Below are positions 28,091-40,209 of a stretch of DNA of 64,000 nucleotides, in pieces. The notes below the pieces were generated by a model. That model had not been told where the DNA came from. It was given only the letters and a program-made list of their open reading frames with translations, and searched no databases. Both the position numbers and the translations under genes were made by a program. The first letter of the stretch is position 1; every line of letters starts with the position of its first letter. Origin of the DNA: Octopus vulgaris (taxonomy: Eukaryota); assembly GCA_951406725.2 (NCBI GenBank), contig OX597816.1, positions 117,428,001 through 117,492,000 of the forward strand, given 5' to 3'.

Positions 28091-30943
28091 TGTGATGCGA
28101 AGGAGGAAAAGACGGAGGCAAAGAGAGAATTGCGGTAGTCTTATCTATCGATCTGGAAGGGTCACTCACACCGTACTCTATCTGCCGCCTTACCGTCTAA
28201 CAGGTCTGCTCTCGTACGCTGTCTACCGCCGACTGGCTGCTCGCGCCTCGCTGACCCCGGAGGCCACCACGGTCCTTCCGGTGGGACCCACAGGCCCCAC
28301 TTCTGAAGGACATGCGTACTTCCCCACTTCCGGTCCTTCCCTACAACACAGCCTGGCTCATAATACCACAGGTTTCAAGTTTTAGCACAAAGTCAGCAAG
28401 TTCAGGCGCCCCCACCTGATCTGAAGATCCTTCAACCAACCTGCCCACACTCTTTCCTCAACCCCAACCAACGCCTTAACTTGTCGCGCAATCTGCGACT
28501 GCCGTGGTACTTCAGGACTGGCCTCAGTTCCTGGCATGTTGCTGCCGGCTTCGTCCTCTTGTCCATTATTGTTGGCTCCATCCTCCGTCGCATTGATGAT
28601 CTTGCGCACATATAAAACATGACGCAGGATGCCATCTACGGAAGCATTGTTCCTCGAATTTAAAGAGGTTATTGCCCCCCTTTCCCCATTGTGATGTGCA
28701 TCACGCATTTGGGGTTTTAATCCAGACTTCTTCCCCAACCTGCACAAAAGCATGCCCTTTCTCCTCTGCGGGTTGCGGCGATGCGTTACATGGATGTCTC
28801 CGCTCGTACTTGAATATTGCCCTGTGTGGCACTGAGTCCTCAGCCTGTCCCGACCTGGGTGACATATTATACCGAAAAACGGCCTCGACTGGTGAGATGT
28901 GGCACCCTCTCTGCCATGGTCTTGATGGTGCGATGATACCTCTCCACAGCCCCCTTGCCACTTAGCCAGTAATCTTCCCTGACGAAACGGCTAACGTGCC
29001 ACTTGTCGAGCATTTCCCTCAGTACCTCCGAGCGAAACGCGGTGCCATTGTCCACAAGCAGTTCATGCATGGGATCTCGTTCTAGGAATATCACATTTAG
29101 TATTCTTGTGATTTCATCCGCGCTCCCCGTCTTCATCTCCTTCTATATGGCCAACAACCCCGGTCCGCAGTCGACCATCGATAAGTATGTCCCCTGCCGG
29201 TAGTGCGTTACGTCTGCTGCCAATCGTTTTCAATTGTGTTCCACTGGAATGCTTCCTGCCTCATGCACATCCGGAGCGGGGTCAATGGACTGGCACCCGT
29301 CGCAGCTACCAAATGCTCTCTGCACATTCTGCCAGGCCACGTCAGAGTCAACTTTGCTGGCTGGGAACAGGGTCTTATCCATCCACATGTGATGCATGGT
29401 ATGCAGTCTCCTCAGCTCCGAGTCACTCAGTCGACACCCTGCAGCCACTTCTTGCTCCAGCTCCTCCGGCACCTGCAACCAGGCTTTCTTTACTCTGGCC
29501 AGGACGTCTGCTCTATTCCTCTCAGAGGGCATAAGAACCACACTCAGCCTTAGGTCAAACTCGGCAGCTAGCTCTTCCAGAATTACCAAACGGCGTCTTA
29601 TCAGCATCTCTGCGCCCCCTTTGGTTCGCCCCCTCCATTCGCCGGTGATCACTGATCTCACCCCTCTAAGTACAGTGGTCGAATCGGTCCGGATCTCGAT
29701 GGTACACAGCCCCCCACTTCAGAGCCAGGTTCAGCTCCTTCAACGCGGCATCCAGCTCCACCACGTTGATGTGGTTGCAGTCGTCCTTCTTCCTGAGCCA
29801 GGCCGCATCCTCCACATCGACACCTCCGATTTCCAGGACAACTCCCGTTGCTCTGCTGCTGGCATCACACTACACGGTCCCATTCTTCAATTTGGGCATA
29901 TACCAGTTTCCTATTCTGAGTTCTTCGCAGTCACTCTCTCCAAGACCTCTTGCATCATGGCAATTGTCTTCTCGCCGACGTTGTCACTCCACCTCACTCC
30001 TTCAGCTCGCCTCTTCATGAAGCTGCATGCTGTCCGGAGCCATCCTGCAATCGTGTAGTGTCCCAGCAGCTTCCCCCACACAGAAAACAGTTCTCGCCTA
30101 CTCGTCTAGGAGCCCATTTCTGGGATCTCATTCCCTCTCCGAAACACCAACGCGCCGGCATTGTCTCTCCGTAGCTTGAGTTCCAGTGCAGCTCCCCCTT
30201 CCATCGTCGACTGGCTGCTCGCGCCTCGCCGAATCCGCAGGCCCACTGCGGCTTTTCCGGTGGGACCAACAGGCCCCACTTCCGACAGGACATGCATACT
30301 CTTGTAACGAACTTAACGTGTGAGGTGTGAATATCCTCGTGCACTTTTGGGGTGCACAAAGCAATCACTCACTAGCCGTTACTTAAATAATCCAGAATTC
30401 TACAAGTCAGAAACAACAAGACGCAGACGTAAAATATACATATAACTACTTTATTCTCTTTCTTGGTAAACAATAACAATAAGTGTGTTATCTGATGTCC
30501 TTGATTCTGGGCGCGCAAGGCTGAAAATTCATAGATTGTAATATTTACAATCTTCAGCCCAAAACAGAAAGGGTCCAAGATGGCGTCGAACAATGGAGAC
30601 GATGTTGGTCTGCAACAATTTTGGTTAAAGCCCTTTTGGTAAAGGACTGCTAGAATCAGTTCGAACGGAGAGAATATATGCGTGACCGTCGCCGTCAATC
30701 GCTGGGTCCCAAGTCATTGGCTGCTGCTGCTAGCGGTCAAACGTTCTACGACCCCCTTGCCTCGCTAACTGCTACGTAGGCAATAGGGTCGTGCTACCGG
30801 TGGTTCGCGCATGCGCGAGAGGGGCCTTCCTTTCTGTGCCTTGGTAAAGGCACCAACACGCGCGAAATACAAATGGGCGGTGCGCGAGCGCGCGCCGTTG
30901 TCGGATCACTACACTCTTTCACTTCCGGGCCTTCCCTACAACA
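28091..30943 (-). mobile_element. Internally deleted Gypsy-like LTR retrotransposon
   Basis: 3' LTR 28091-28348 (TG...CA) with PPT-like CAGGTGGGGG at about 28407-28420. Integrase (HH..C..CQSIDPAP, ELLVDNGTAFRSE, VERYHRTIK) and RNase H (NRADVL) fragments. Partial 5' LTR at 30207-30302 plus 30914-30943. gag, protease and most of RT are missing. Confidence 0.85.
30303..30913 (-). mobile_element. Solo LTR inserted into the 5' LTR of the Gypsy element
   Basis: TGTA...TACA termini and 4-bp TSD CTCT (30299-30302, 30914-30917). Removing it restores colinearity with the 28091-28348 LTR. AATAAA lies on the minus strand. Confidence 0.8.
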
Positions 30944-30964
30944 CAGCCTGGCTCATAATACTAC

Positions 30965-31178
30965 AGGTTTCAAGTTTTGGCACTAAGTCAGCAAGTTCAG
31001 GCGGAGGAGCAAGTCGATTACGTCGATCCCAATGCTCAACAGGTACTTATTTTATAGACCCTGAAAGGGAGGAAAGGCAAAGTCAACCCCGGCGGCATTT
31101 GAACTCAGAATGTAAAAACAGACGAAATACTGCAGAGCATTTTGCCGGCGGGCTAATAATTCTGCCAGCTCGCTGCCT

Positions 31179-31179
<1 letters not shown>
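30965..31179 (-). mobile_element. SINE (core family)
   Basis: Reverse complement of the 25531-type element. Confidence 0.8.
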
Positions 31180-31233
<54 letters not shown>

Positions 31234-31620
31234 GGGATGGAAGCACTCCGTCGGTTACGACGATGAGGGTTCCGGTTGATCCGAATCAACGGAACAGCCT
31301 GCTCGTGAAATTAACGTGTAAGTGGCTGAGCACTCCACAGACACGTGCACCCTTAACGTAGTTCTCGGGGATATTTAGCGTGACACAGAGAGTGACAAGG
31401 CCGGCCCCTTGAAATACAGGTACAACAGAAACAGGAAGTAAGAGTGAGAGAAAGTTGTGGTGAAGAGTACAGCAGGGATCACCATCATCCCCTGCCGGAG
31501 CCTCGTGGAGCTTTTAGGTATTTTCGCTCAATAAACACTCACAACGCCCGGTCTGGGAATCGAAACCGCGATCCTATGACCGCGAGTCCGCTGCTCTAAC
31601 CACTGGGCCATTGCGCCTCC
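31234..31620 (-). mobile_element. Young tRNA-derived SINE inserted in a (CTA)n array
   Basis: Head GGCGCAATGGCCCAGTGGTTAGAGC (A box) and GGTTTCGATTCCC (B box). CpG-rich body, with (CTA)n on both sides. Confidence 0.8.
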
Positions 31621-31626
31621 ACCACC

Positions 31627-31702
<76 letters not shown>

Positions 31703-31704
31703 TT

Positions 31705-32150
31705 ATTTTGGCACAAAGCCTGACATCTTGCGGGAGGTGTCTATTACATCGACCCTAGTACTCAACTAGTATCTATTTTATCGACCCCGAAAGGATGAAA
31801 GGCAATGCCGACCTGGGCGAAATTTGATCTCGGGGCGTAAAGTCAGAAAAATCGCCGCTAAGTATTTTGTCCGGGGTGCTAAAGATATCTTGCCCGCTCG
31901 CTTCTTTATTTGAAACCAATATTAAGAGTGAAAAAGGTGGTGTATTGGTAGAATTGTTACCATACCGGAAAAATGCTTAGCGGCATTTCTCCCGGCTTGA
32001 CATTCTGAGTTGAAATGCCGCTGGGGTCGACTTTGCCTTTCATCCTTTTAAGGTCGATAAAATAAGTACCAGTTGAAACTGGGGTCGATGTAATCGACTT
32101 AAATCCGGCCCTGAAATTTCTGGCCTTGTACCAGTGTTTGAAACCAATAT
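31705..32150. mobile_element. Two SINEs in inverted (head-to-head) orientation
   Basis: Minus copy at about 31705-31900 and plus copy at about 31935-32150 of the same core family. Confidence 0.75.
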
Positions 32151-33054
32151 CATGAATAAAAAATTGTTGGTAGAATTAAGGAAGGGAGGTAATCCGTTGT
32201 CTCTTGTGTTTCCTCCGATCTCTCTCACTCTCTATCTGTACCTTCCATTTTTCATTATCTTCTACGTTCTGCGGTAAGTGGTTAAAGTATATTGTTGGAT
32301 ATAAATAGGACGCAAATCTCATTCTGTAATAAGATTTTTTTGTGCGTAAAGTACACCAACAGTTTTCTTGCAGGCGGAGACAGATAGTGAAGTGCAATCG
32401 CCACATGACGTAAATTTCAGATAGCAGCAGCCAGAAAATAAATTTAAACCCGAAGAAGACACGAAAGAGAGGAAAGGAGAGAAAACAAACAAACAAACAA
32501 GCAAACACACACACCCATCCATCCATATACACCACATGCACGCTCACATATACGCATCCATACACACGCACGCACGCACGCACGCACGCACGCACATACA
32601 CGCGCACACACATACACATGCATCCTACGCATCTTGAAATCTACGTAACGCGGAATTCATGTGATGCGAAATCTACTTTCCCATTGATTTCCTTGTTAGA
32701 TGAAAACGTATCTTTATACAGCTCAGTGTTGAAGCTGAGTACATTTTGAGCAACTCTTAAATTGCTTTCATGACTCAGCTTTGTTATAAGCAAAAACTTG
32801 TTGACTTTGTTCTACAACTGTCAACTCTTTGACCACATTTTTTTGCAGTTAACTGAAATGGAGCGGGGAAAGCTTTTGTATCCTCTTCTTGACATGCATC
32901 AACTCTTCATTAGACAAACTTTCTCTATAGGACTCTAAAAGCCCCAACAATATCATCTCTTACGACTTCCTCAAACCCTACATCGTTTGCCAGTGCTGCA
33001 ACAGCTTATTAAGCTTGATGTAGACTTTTTGTTTGTGGAATTCTGTAGAGTTAT

Positions 33055-33218
33055 GCATAGGAGTGGCTGTATGGTAAGTAGCTTGCTAACCAAGCACATG
33101 GTTCCGGGTACATTCCCACTGCGTGGCACCTCGGTCAAGTGTCTTCTACTATAGCCTCGGGCCGACCAAAGCTTTGCGAGTGGATTTGGTAGACAGAAAC
33201 TGAAAGAAGCCCGTCGTA

Positions 33219-33291
<73 letters not shown>

Positions 33292-33510
33292 GTGTGTATA
33301 TGTTTTGTGTTTGTGTTTGTCCCCCCAACATCGCTTGGCAACCGATGCTGGTGTGTTTACGTCCCCGTAACTTAGCGGTTCGGCGAAAGAGACCGATAGA
33401 ATAAGTACTAGGCTTACAAAGAATAAGTCCTGGGGTCGATTTGCTCGGCTAAAGGTGGTGCTCCAGCATGGCCACAACCAAATGACTGAAACAAGTAAAA
33501 GAGTAAAAGA
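33055..33510 (+). mobile_element. Full-length tRNA-derived CORE-like SINE with internal (TA)n
   Basis: tRNA-like head, CORE-like GGTCAAGTGTCTTCTACTATAGCCTC, internal microsatellite and CR1-like tail. Partial copies near 9890, 12690, 24745, 26060, 39630, 41270, 45025 and 47020. Confidence 0.85.
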
Positions 33511-34093
33511 ATATGTTTTACCAAACGCCAGTCATATCTGAGAGTCTCACACCATCTCATGACTTGTTTATGTTATGCACTGCATTCGTAATTTGAACTT
33601 TTCCCGGAAGTCTCTAACTGCAGGTTTATCTACCTAATCAATTGCTTTTATGAATTGTTTCAAAGTTCTCAGTTGGTGTGGCTTAAATTATCTATCACAT
33701 CTTGATCTACTGGTTGGAACAAAGATGTGTTCAATGACATATTAATAAATGGCCTACTTACACTTTAGAAAGTCCATTAAAGTTCACTGGCTAGAATGGT
33801 GCATAATTTAAAAAGAAAAATGCTTTGCTGGAAATATTACAGCTAGCACTGTACCTGTCTAGAGCAGGGCATAAAAAGTATTTGTAAACCAGCTTTGGAA
33901 AAGACTCGTGAGTCATCCAACTCTTTTTAGTTAAGTGCCAAATCACAAGTAGATAAAAATTAGCATAGTCTTTGAAAACCCTACTATTTTGGATGATACT
34001 CTAGTAGGGGTTTTTAATTCCATATCACCAGCCGCATTTACTCTTATAAGAACACCAGAAAAGTTTTGGAAGCTTTAAAAAGTCTCGTAGGTA

Positions 34094-35385
34094 CCAGGGG
34101 CGTTCAATAAGTAATGCCCCTGATCCACTTCCCATTGCAGTAGAGCAACGAAACTTGGCACAGTTATTAGTCTTTTTCTACATAGGAACCACCCAGAGTT
34201 ACGCATTCCTCCCGTCGTTTGATGCAGCTCTGGAGACCGTTTTTGTAGAAGACCCCAGCTTGGTCCTCCAACCACGACGTGACTTCAGAAATCAAGGCTG
34301 CATCATCTGGGAAACGCTTTCCTTTCAAAAACAACTTCATGGCTGGGAAGAGGTGAAAATCAGAGGGTGCAAGGTCAGGAGAGTAAGGGGATGGAGGAAA
34401 AGTTCATAGCCGCACGCCTGTGCTTCTGATCTGGCAACACGCGAGTTGTGAACCGGAGCGTTGTCCTGCAGGAGGAGTATGCCTTTGCTGATCTTGCCCC
34501 GCCTCTTGATTTTGATAGCTTCTCCTAATTTCCTCAAAAGTGAAGCATAATAGGCTCCTGTAATTGTGGTACCCTTTGCCAGGAAATCTTTCATCACTAC
34601 TCCGTCCTGGTCCCAGAAGACTGTGAGCATGACCTTGCCAGCGGAGGGCTGCACCCTTACCTTCTTTGGAGGAGGTGAGTCACGGTGTGTCCACTGCATT
34701 GACTGGGCTTTGGTCTCTGGATCATAGTGATGGACCCAGGTTTCATCCTGTGTAATCAGTCTTTTGAAAAATTTTGACTCATCTTCTTGGTACATCTCCA
34801 AATCCATCCTCGAGCACTCGACGCATTTTTGCTTCTCGAAAGGTGTGAGCAACTTGGGAATCCATCTGGCAGACACCTTTTGCATATGCAAATGGTCATG
34901 AATGATAGTTTCCACAGACCCGGTACTAATCTTGACCTCATGGGCTATTTGGCGAATAGTTATGCGTCGATCTTCCAAAATGGCAGCCTCAACTTGAAGG
35001 ACAGATGCCTCATCAATGGCAGAAGGGGGGCGACCAGATCTGGGAGCTGTTTCCTCAGAGTTCCGACCATGTTTGAATTCACGATGCCAGCGTTTTACAA
35101 GGTCATATGATGGGGCATCATCACCATAAGTTACTTTCATTTCATCAAAAGTCTCCCGTGGTGTGCGTCCTTTCAAATACAAAAACCGGAACACTGCTCG
35201 ACACTCAACAGGCTCCATTTCACACTTGACTCAGTTCAAACATCTGTAAATCAGAAACCACAATTAGTTCAGAGCTGTAATTTGCCACTTAATCTATAAA
35301 GATATAAATAATTGCACATGCAAAATTTCAGCTAGATCAAACAACTGCAAGTGGGTTAGGGGCATTACTTATTGAACGTCCCTCG
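34094..35385 (-). mobile_element. Full-length mariner transposon (1292 bp)
   Basis: TIRs C(C/G)AGGG(G/A)CGTTCAATAAGTAATGCCCCT and TA TSDs at 34092-34093 and 35386-35387. Confidence 0.95.
34167..35218 (-). pseudogene. Mariner DD34D transposase with a single frameshift
   Basis: WIPKLL, DETWV, SAGKVMLTVFWD and QDNA motifs. A 1-nt deletion near 34388 shifts the frame. The alternate frame gives YSPDLAPSDFHLFP...GSYVEKD*. Confidence 0.92.
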
Positions 35386-36637
35386 TATGTGCTTCCAGAA
35401 AAGCGAAGTTTCATCAATATCATACACATGTTTTGGCATGTAACCCCCTTCAGCAATTATTTTTCAGCTTTCTAGAATAATTTGTTGCAGCTTCTGTATC
35501 AGTACTTGTAGTTTCATTGATCATCTTTATGTTGAGCAAATTTAGGTGACTCTTAAGTCTTTCAAACCAGCGTTTACTTGCAAGTAAATCTTTTGCTTCA
35601 GAAGTCGTGTCTTCCGCTTTGTGTAAATTGTCATACAAACTTTTAGTGTTCATTAGAATGGCTATCATATCCATTGGTAAATTACATCCCATTTTGTCGT
35701 CGAGCCACACACTCAGGAGCTGTCTCATTTTAAGCAGCAGTCCAGATCTATGGAAAAAACAACAAGAGCAGGAAAAAAACTAAAACGAAAAAACTAAAAA
35801 CAACAACAACCCTAAAACATCCGGACACTTAACTGTATAGCTATTTGAGCACTTGATCTAATCTGATATTAATTACCATGTATTACTCTTATAGTAAACA
35901 TTGCAAGTTACATACTTTTGCGATATTGCTGGATTTTCTTCTGTATTAAACCTTGTAGATCAAGTTTTACAAAAGCTTGATCAACATTCAATGTGATCTC
36001 TTTATGACTTCTGAGAATAAAAATAAAAATGTGATAAAATGAAGAGTAAAGGGTATAACAGTTGATTTTAATCTTTTGCATTTGTTTATATTGATACTCT
36101 TCGTTATTTTCATTTTATATCTCCATATCAACGCCTGCACTTTGGTATATTTATTTTATTTTGGCATTCGGCATTAAAATAACCATTTCACACTATCTTA
36201 TCAGTTCATGTAGTTTTACCAACCCAAACTATATTATTACCTTATACAATGATGTAAATTATCATGCCATATCAAGCTTATATCATTTTGTTATTATTAC
36301 ACGTATTTGTATAGCTACATTGTTATAACATTTATATAATAACATCCATTCAAACTTAAATTGAATCACCATCTTGTCTAATAAGTTATTACTACATCTG
36401 TATTATTGTACTATTATCTATATAGTTACCTTATTTTACACAATCATTTACATAATAGACATTTTCATATTTAATCTATCTTGGATAAACTTGGCACAAT
36501 TTATCCAATATCTAACTTTATGTTTAAGAGGAGTTGCCTCCCTCGTCTCAGTTACGAACTGTTTGTTAAGCTAGGACTAAAAACTCTATCAGAGTTATTG
36601 AGATCTCGCTACTAACCGAAAGTTCTCCATTGGACAA

Positions 36638-36671
<34 letters not shown>

Positions 36672-36677
36672 CTTTAT

Positions 36678-36721
<44 letters not shown>

Positions 36722-37329
36722 ACCGACCAAGCTATCAGATGTTGCTACACATCGCTAGTCACAATGCGCTTCGCATTGTTTTAGCCTTCAAACGACGCCA
36801 CCCCGCTGGGTAAGCGAGCAGGCCAATATATATATATATATATATATATATAGTGTGTGTGTGTGTGTATGTGTGTGTGTATGTGTATTTGTGTATGTGT
36901 ATATATATAAAGCAATGCTATTTAATTTGCTAGTGTGCTATCCCTGGTTTTGCTGCCTTGGTCTTCAGGCCCTGTGTATGTTAAAAGAATGAGAAATTTT
37001 TTGAAAAGATATTTTTCTATTTTTCGCTTCCATCAAGATGAATTAGTGATTGTGAGTTATTTTCCTGGACTGTGGTAATGAACTCATTGGAAACAAACAT
37101 TGTAAATTATTTGATGTTGAGGAGAAACGAAAATATTAACAGTTTTTAAGGGAGATTAACCTCTACAATAGCAGAGGAGTAATAGGAGCAGGGAAGGAGA
37201 AGATAGGTGAACGACAGAAGAGCAAATGTATGTATAAAAATATAAATAAAGCAGGTAAATGGTAGACGGACGAATGTTAGGAGAGCATGGAGCAAAGAGC
37301 AAAGAAAACTTTAGCTGAATCAGTATCAG

Positions 37330-38012
37330 GTGTCTGTGCATATATATAGTTCTTGTACGGTGGAGGTTAATCTTTCCCAGCTGCATAATAATTAAAAGCA
37401 AGATGAGATTATCTCCGACCTGATGCTAAGAGAGCTTGTATGTCAAGGTTCCAGAAGATTTTCTTCTTTTTTGCTGAGTACAGATTACACTTTTTATTTC
37501 CATTTAAAAAGGGCCTGAATTTCTCCAGGATTTTTTATTTATTTAGTACTATAGTATCTTTATGTTTGAAACCTTTTCTTTTAATCTCCAGATATAGTCG
37601 GCCAATTTTTAGTCTTCATTTCATATAAGCATTTAAAAGAAGATATATGACTAAAAAATCTTGTTTATTTTTTCTTCTGTCATGTCCTGTATGACAGTCA
37701 TGTGTTTCTAATACATTGAGGTCCTAGAGAGGCAACCGCTGCCTTGTGAATTAGTGTTTTTCTTTCATAGGATTCGTCTGGTGGGGATGTATTAGGATCT
37801 CTTCATGTGCAAGTGTCTTCGCTTAGTAATATGTCTGATATTAAGTTTTGTACCTTCGATGTGCAATTACAACCAGTTTTGAAGTTGTGGCTCTTAAATA
37901 ATCTGGAGGAAAGTGCTTGTCTATTAGCGTTTGGAATATTCTTGCTATAATTGATTTCAAATTGAGTGAAAAGTAGCGCGTGAACTACATAACATTATGG
38001 CGCTTCGTTTTC
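37330..38012 (-). mobile_element. Penelope-like remnant (linker and GIY-YIG)
   Basis: Decayed FSLNLKSIIARIFQTLIDKHFP, HISSF, LADYIWRLKEK and NGNKKCNL motifs. Confidence 0.7.
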
Positions 38013-38136
38013 ATTTCTGGAGGTAAAGAGTAGGATGCATTGGTAATTTCCACTTTTGAATCCTCTAACAGAATGAATTAACCGAATATGTATAACTATA
38101 TTCTATACCATGTATTGAGTGCATTTTCTAAAGTTC

Positions 38137-38194
<58 letters not shown>

Positions 38195-38257
38195 TGGTGG
38201 CTGTCTACTCCTTATGCATAGTTTGACAACCTCTTGTACTTGTAACTTAGATCCATC

Positions 38258-38443
38258 ATGGCGTCTGATGTGGCTTTTTAAACTAGACAATGTATTGAAA
38301 AGACAACCACGAAGATTGCATATATGATTTGGCCACCCAAGAGCTGCAGTTAAGTTCTGATCTTTGTGGATCTTAAAATGCCTTTTGAGGCCTCCATTAG
38401 ATTTGCAGACCCTATGAAATACATGGCATTGAAACGTGTGCAA
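38258..38443 (-). mobile_element. Decayed double C2H2 zinc finger, probably an RTE ORF C-terminus
   Basis: FQCHVFHRVCKSNGGLKRHFKIH and HICNLRGCLFNTLSSLKSHIRRH. The second Cys is lost in both fingers. Adjacent to an RTE RT fragment. Confidence 0.5.
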
Positions 38444-38589
38444 AGATATATAGGCAGAGTAGTTGGTGGAGGTTCATTTTTCACGGGTCCGCAAATAAGA
38501 TTTGAGACCAGCAAAAATAACAACAACAACAACAATGAAACGGCACGGTCTGTCACAAACTACACACAAAAACGTCGCTGTGATTCACC

Positions 38590-39140
38590 TTCTTGAGACT
38601 TTCTGAATCTTTTGTTGTGGAAAATGAAGTGAAGCAAGGGGACCTTGATGTATCCACCCTCTTTGCAATATACATTGCTGTTGTTCTGTCACACGCTTTT
38701 CAAAACTCCGAGAAGGGTATTTACATAAAAAATCGAACAAAGAATGTTTTTAATCTGACCAGACTGAAATTCAAAACAAATTTTTTTACTTCACTCATTA
38801 GGAAACTCTTATACGGTTATGATTGCGATCTAGTCAGTCATTTAGAAACAGGTCTGCTGTCTGTTGTATCTGGATTTGACTCAGCTTGTGATGGTTTTAG
38901 TTTGACTATCAACTCGAAAAAAAAAGAAGCTGAGTTGTAAAGTATCATCCTTTACGTGGTGCTGTTTGGAAGCCCGACTCCTAAAATTTTCGTTAAGGGT
39001 ACGTTACTTGAGGTTGTTGACTCTTTCATCTACCTCGGAAGCTCTGTACAAAATTATGGAAATCTGGATATAGAAATAGATCTGTGAATTCAAAGGGCAG
39101 CCCAAGAATTTGATGGTTTGGAGTCACGCATTTAGCACCA
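38590..39140 (+). mobile_element. BovB-type RTE reverse transcriptase fragment
   Basis: SESFVVENEVKQG..TLFAIY, FNLTRLK, LLYGYDCDLV, LTINSKK and LEVVDSFIYLGS. Confidence 0.75.
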
Positions 39141-39142
39141 AC

Positions 39143-39219
<77 letters not shown>

Positions 39220-39227
39220 ACACATCG

Positions 39228-39610
39228 ATGCAAACTTTGCTTGGCCGAAATGTCAAGGGTGCTAAAAACTTCGCTTGATCCGGGGGTCTTCTTAAATCCC
39301 AAAAGTGAGATGTTTAGTCGATGCATTCATGAGAAAAAATTCATGTTGAAGATATGGTATTCCTCGCTTGCTGACTGTGGAATGAAGATCGTGTATAAAC
39401 TGGTTCTTTTCGGATTCAACCGGTCAAAGGGAGATAACTCCACTTTGATGAATTTCGTTTGACATTTTTTACCTACAACCCCAGCTAACCAAGACTGTAT
39501 TCCTACTTCTATCAGTAGAGAGGTTATGGGCCCCTCCAGCTAGCATGTTTGCCGAGTTACCGATATTACTAAGAGCATAATAAATGCGAAACTAATAGTA
39601 ACTATTCACA
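39228..39610 (+). mobile_element. Penelope-like 3' end (endonuclease C-terminus and pseudo-LTR)
   Basis: CKLCLAEM...LNPKSEMFSRCIHEKKFMLK, followed by a hammerhead-like motif. Confidence 0.7.
39562..39607 (+). ncRNA. Decayed type I hammerhead ribozyme motif
   Basis: CT-AAGA (core CUGAAGA missing one base), stem II GCAT/ATGC, GAAA, stem III ACTA/TAGT, GUA site. Stem I is imperfect. Confidence 0.55.
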
Positions 39611-39769
39611 GCCATAATCAATGACTACTGGCTGTCTGGTTCTGGGTTCAGTCCCACTGCGTGGCATCATGGGCAAATGTCTTCTACTATAGTTTCGGAC
39701 CGACCAAAGCTTTGTGAGTGGATTTGGCAGACGGAAACTGAATAGAAGCTTGTCGTGTATACACACACA

Positions 39770-39827
<58 letters not shown>

Positions 39828-40125
39828 TGGCTTAGTTGTTAAGGTTTTGCACTCACGATTGCGAGATCATGGGTTCAATTCCCAGCCCGAGCGTTGCGTT
39901 CTGTTCTTGAACAAAGAACTTCATTTCACGTTGCTCTGCGATCATTTCGACATCTGACATGTGGCACCCGTTGCACCTGTGTAGGTAATGTCAATTTGAT
40001 GGCGGGAGTGAGCTTATATGTACACAAACATTTGATTACTATAAACAAATCATATGTGTGGTTGTTCGGTAAGAAATTGTCGAAGCCTATGTACATTGTC
40101 TAACTTCATATGTACATTGTCTAAC

Positions 40126-40206
<81 letters not shown>

Positions 40207-40209
<3 letters not shown>

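Larger units (their letters stand above)
32640..35750 (-). mobile_element. Decayed Tigger/pogo-like DNA transposon hosting nested insertions
   Basis: CENP-B-type HTH (LLSVWLDD...ASKRWFERLK...DTEAATNY), then DIDETSLFWKH|IPTR across the mariner insertion, then NAAGD and WMT motifs. Confidence 0.75.

Noticed and set aside
29396-30058. 220-aa plus-strand ORF
   Set aside because: Antisense shadow of the GC-rich Gypsy pol region.
31545-31620. Possible tRNA gene
   Set aside because: A and B boxes are present but there is no complete cloverleaf, and it continues into a 300-bp SINE body.
36930-36975. Possible minus-strand hammerhead downstream of the 37.3-38.0 kb Penelope remnant
   Set aside because: CTGAAGA is present but GAAA reads AAAA and stems I and II barely pair. 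Too decayed to call.
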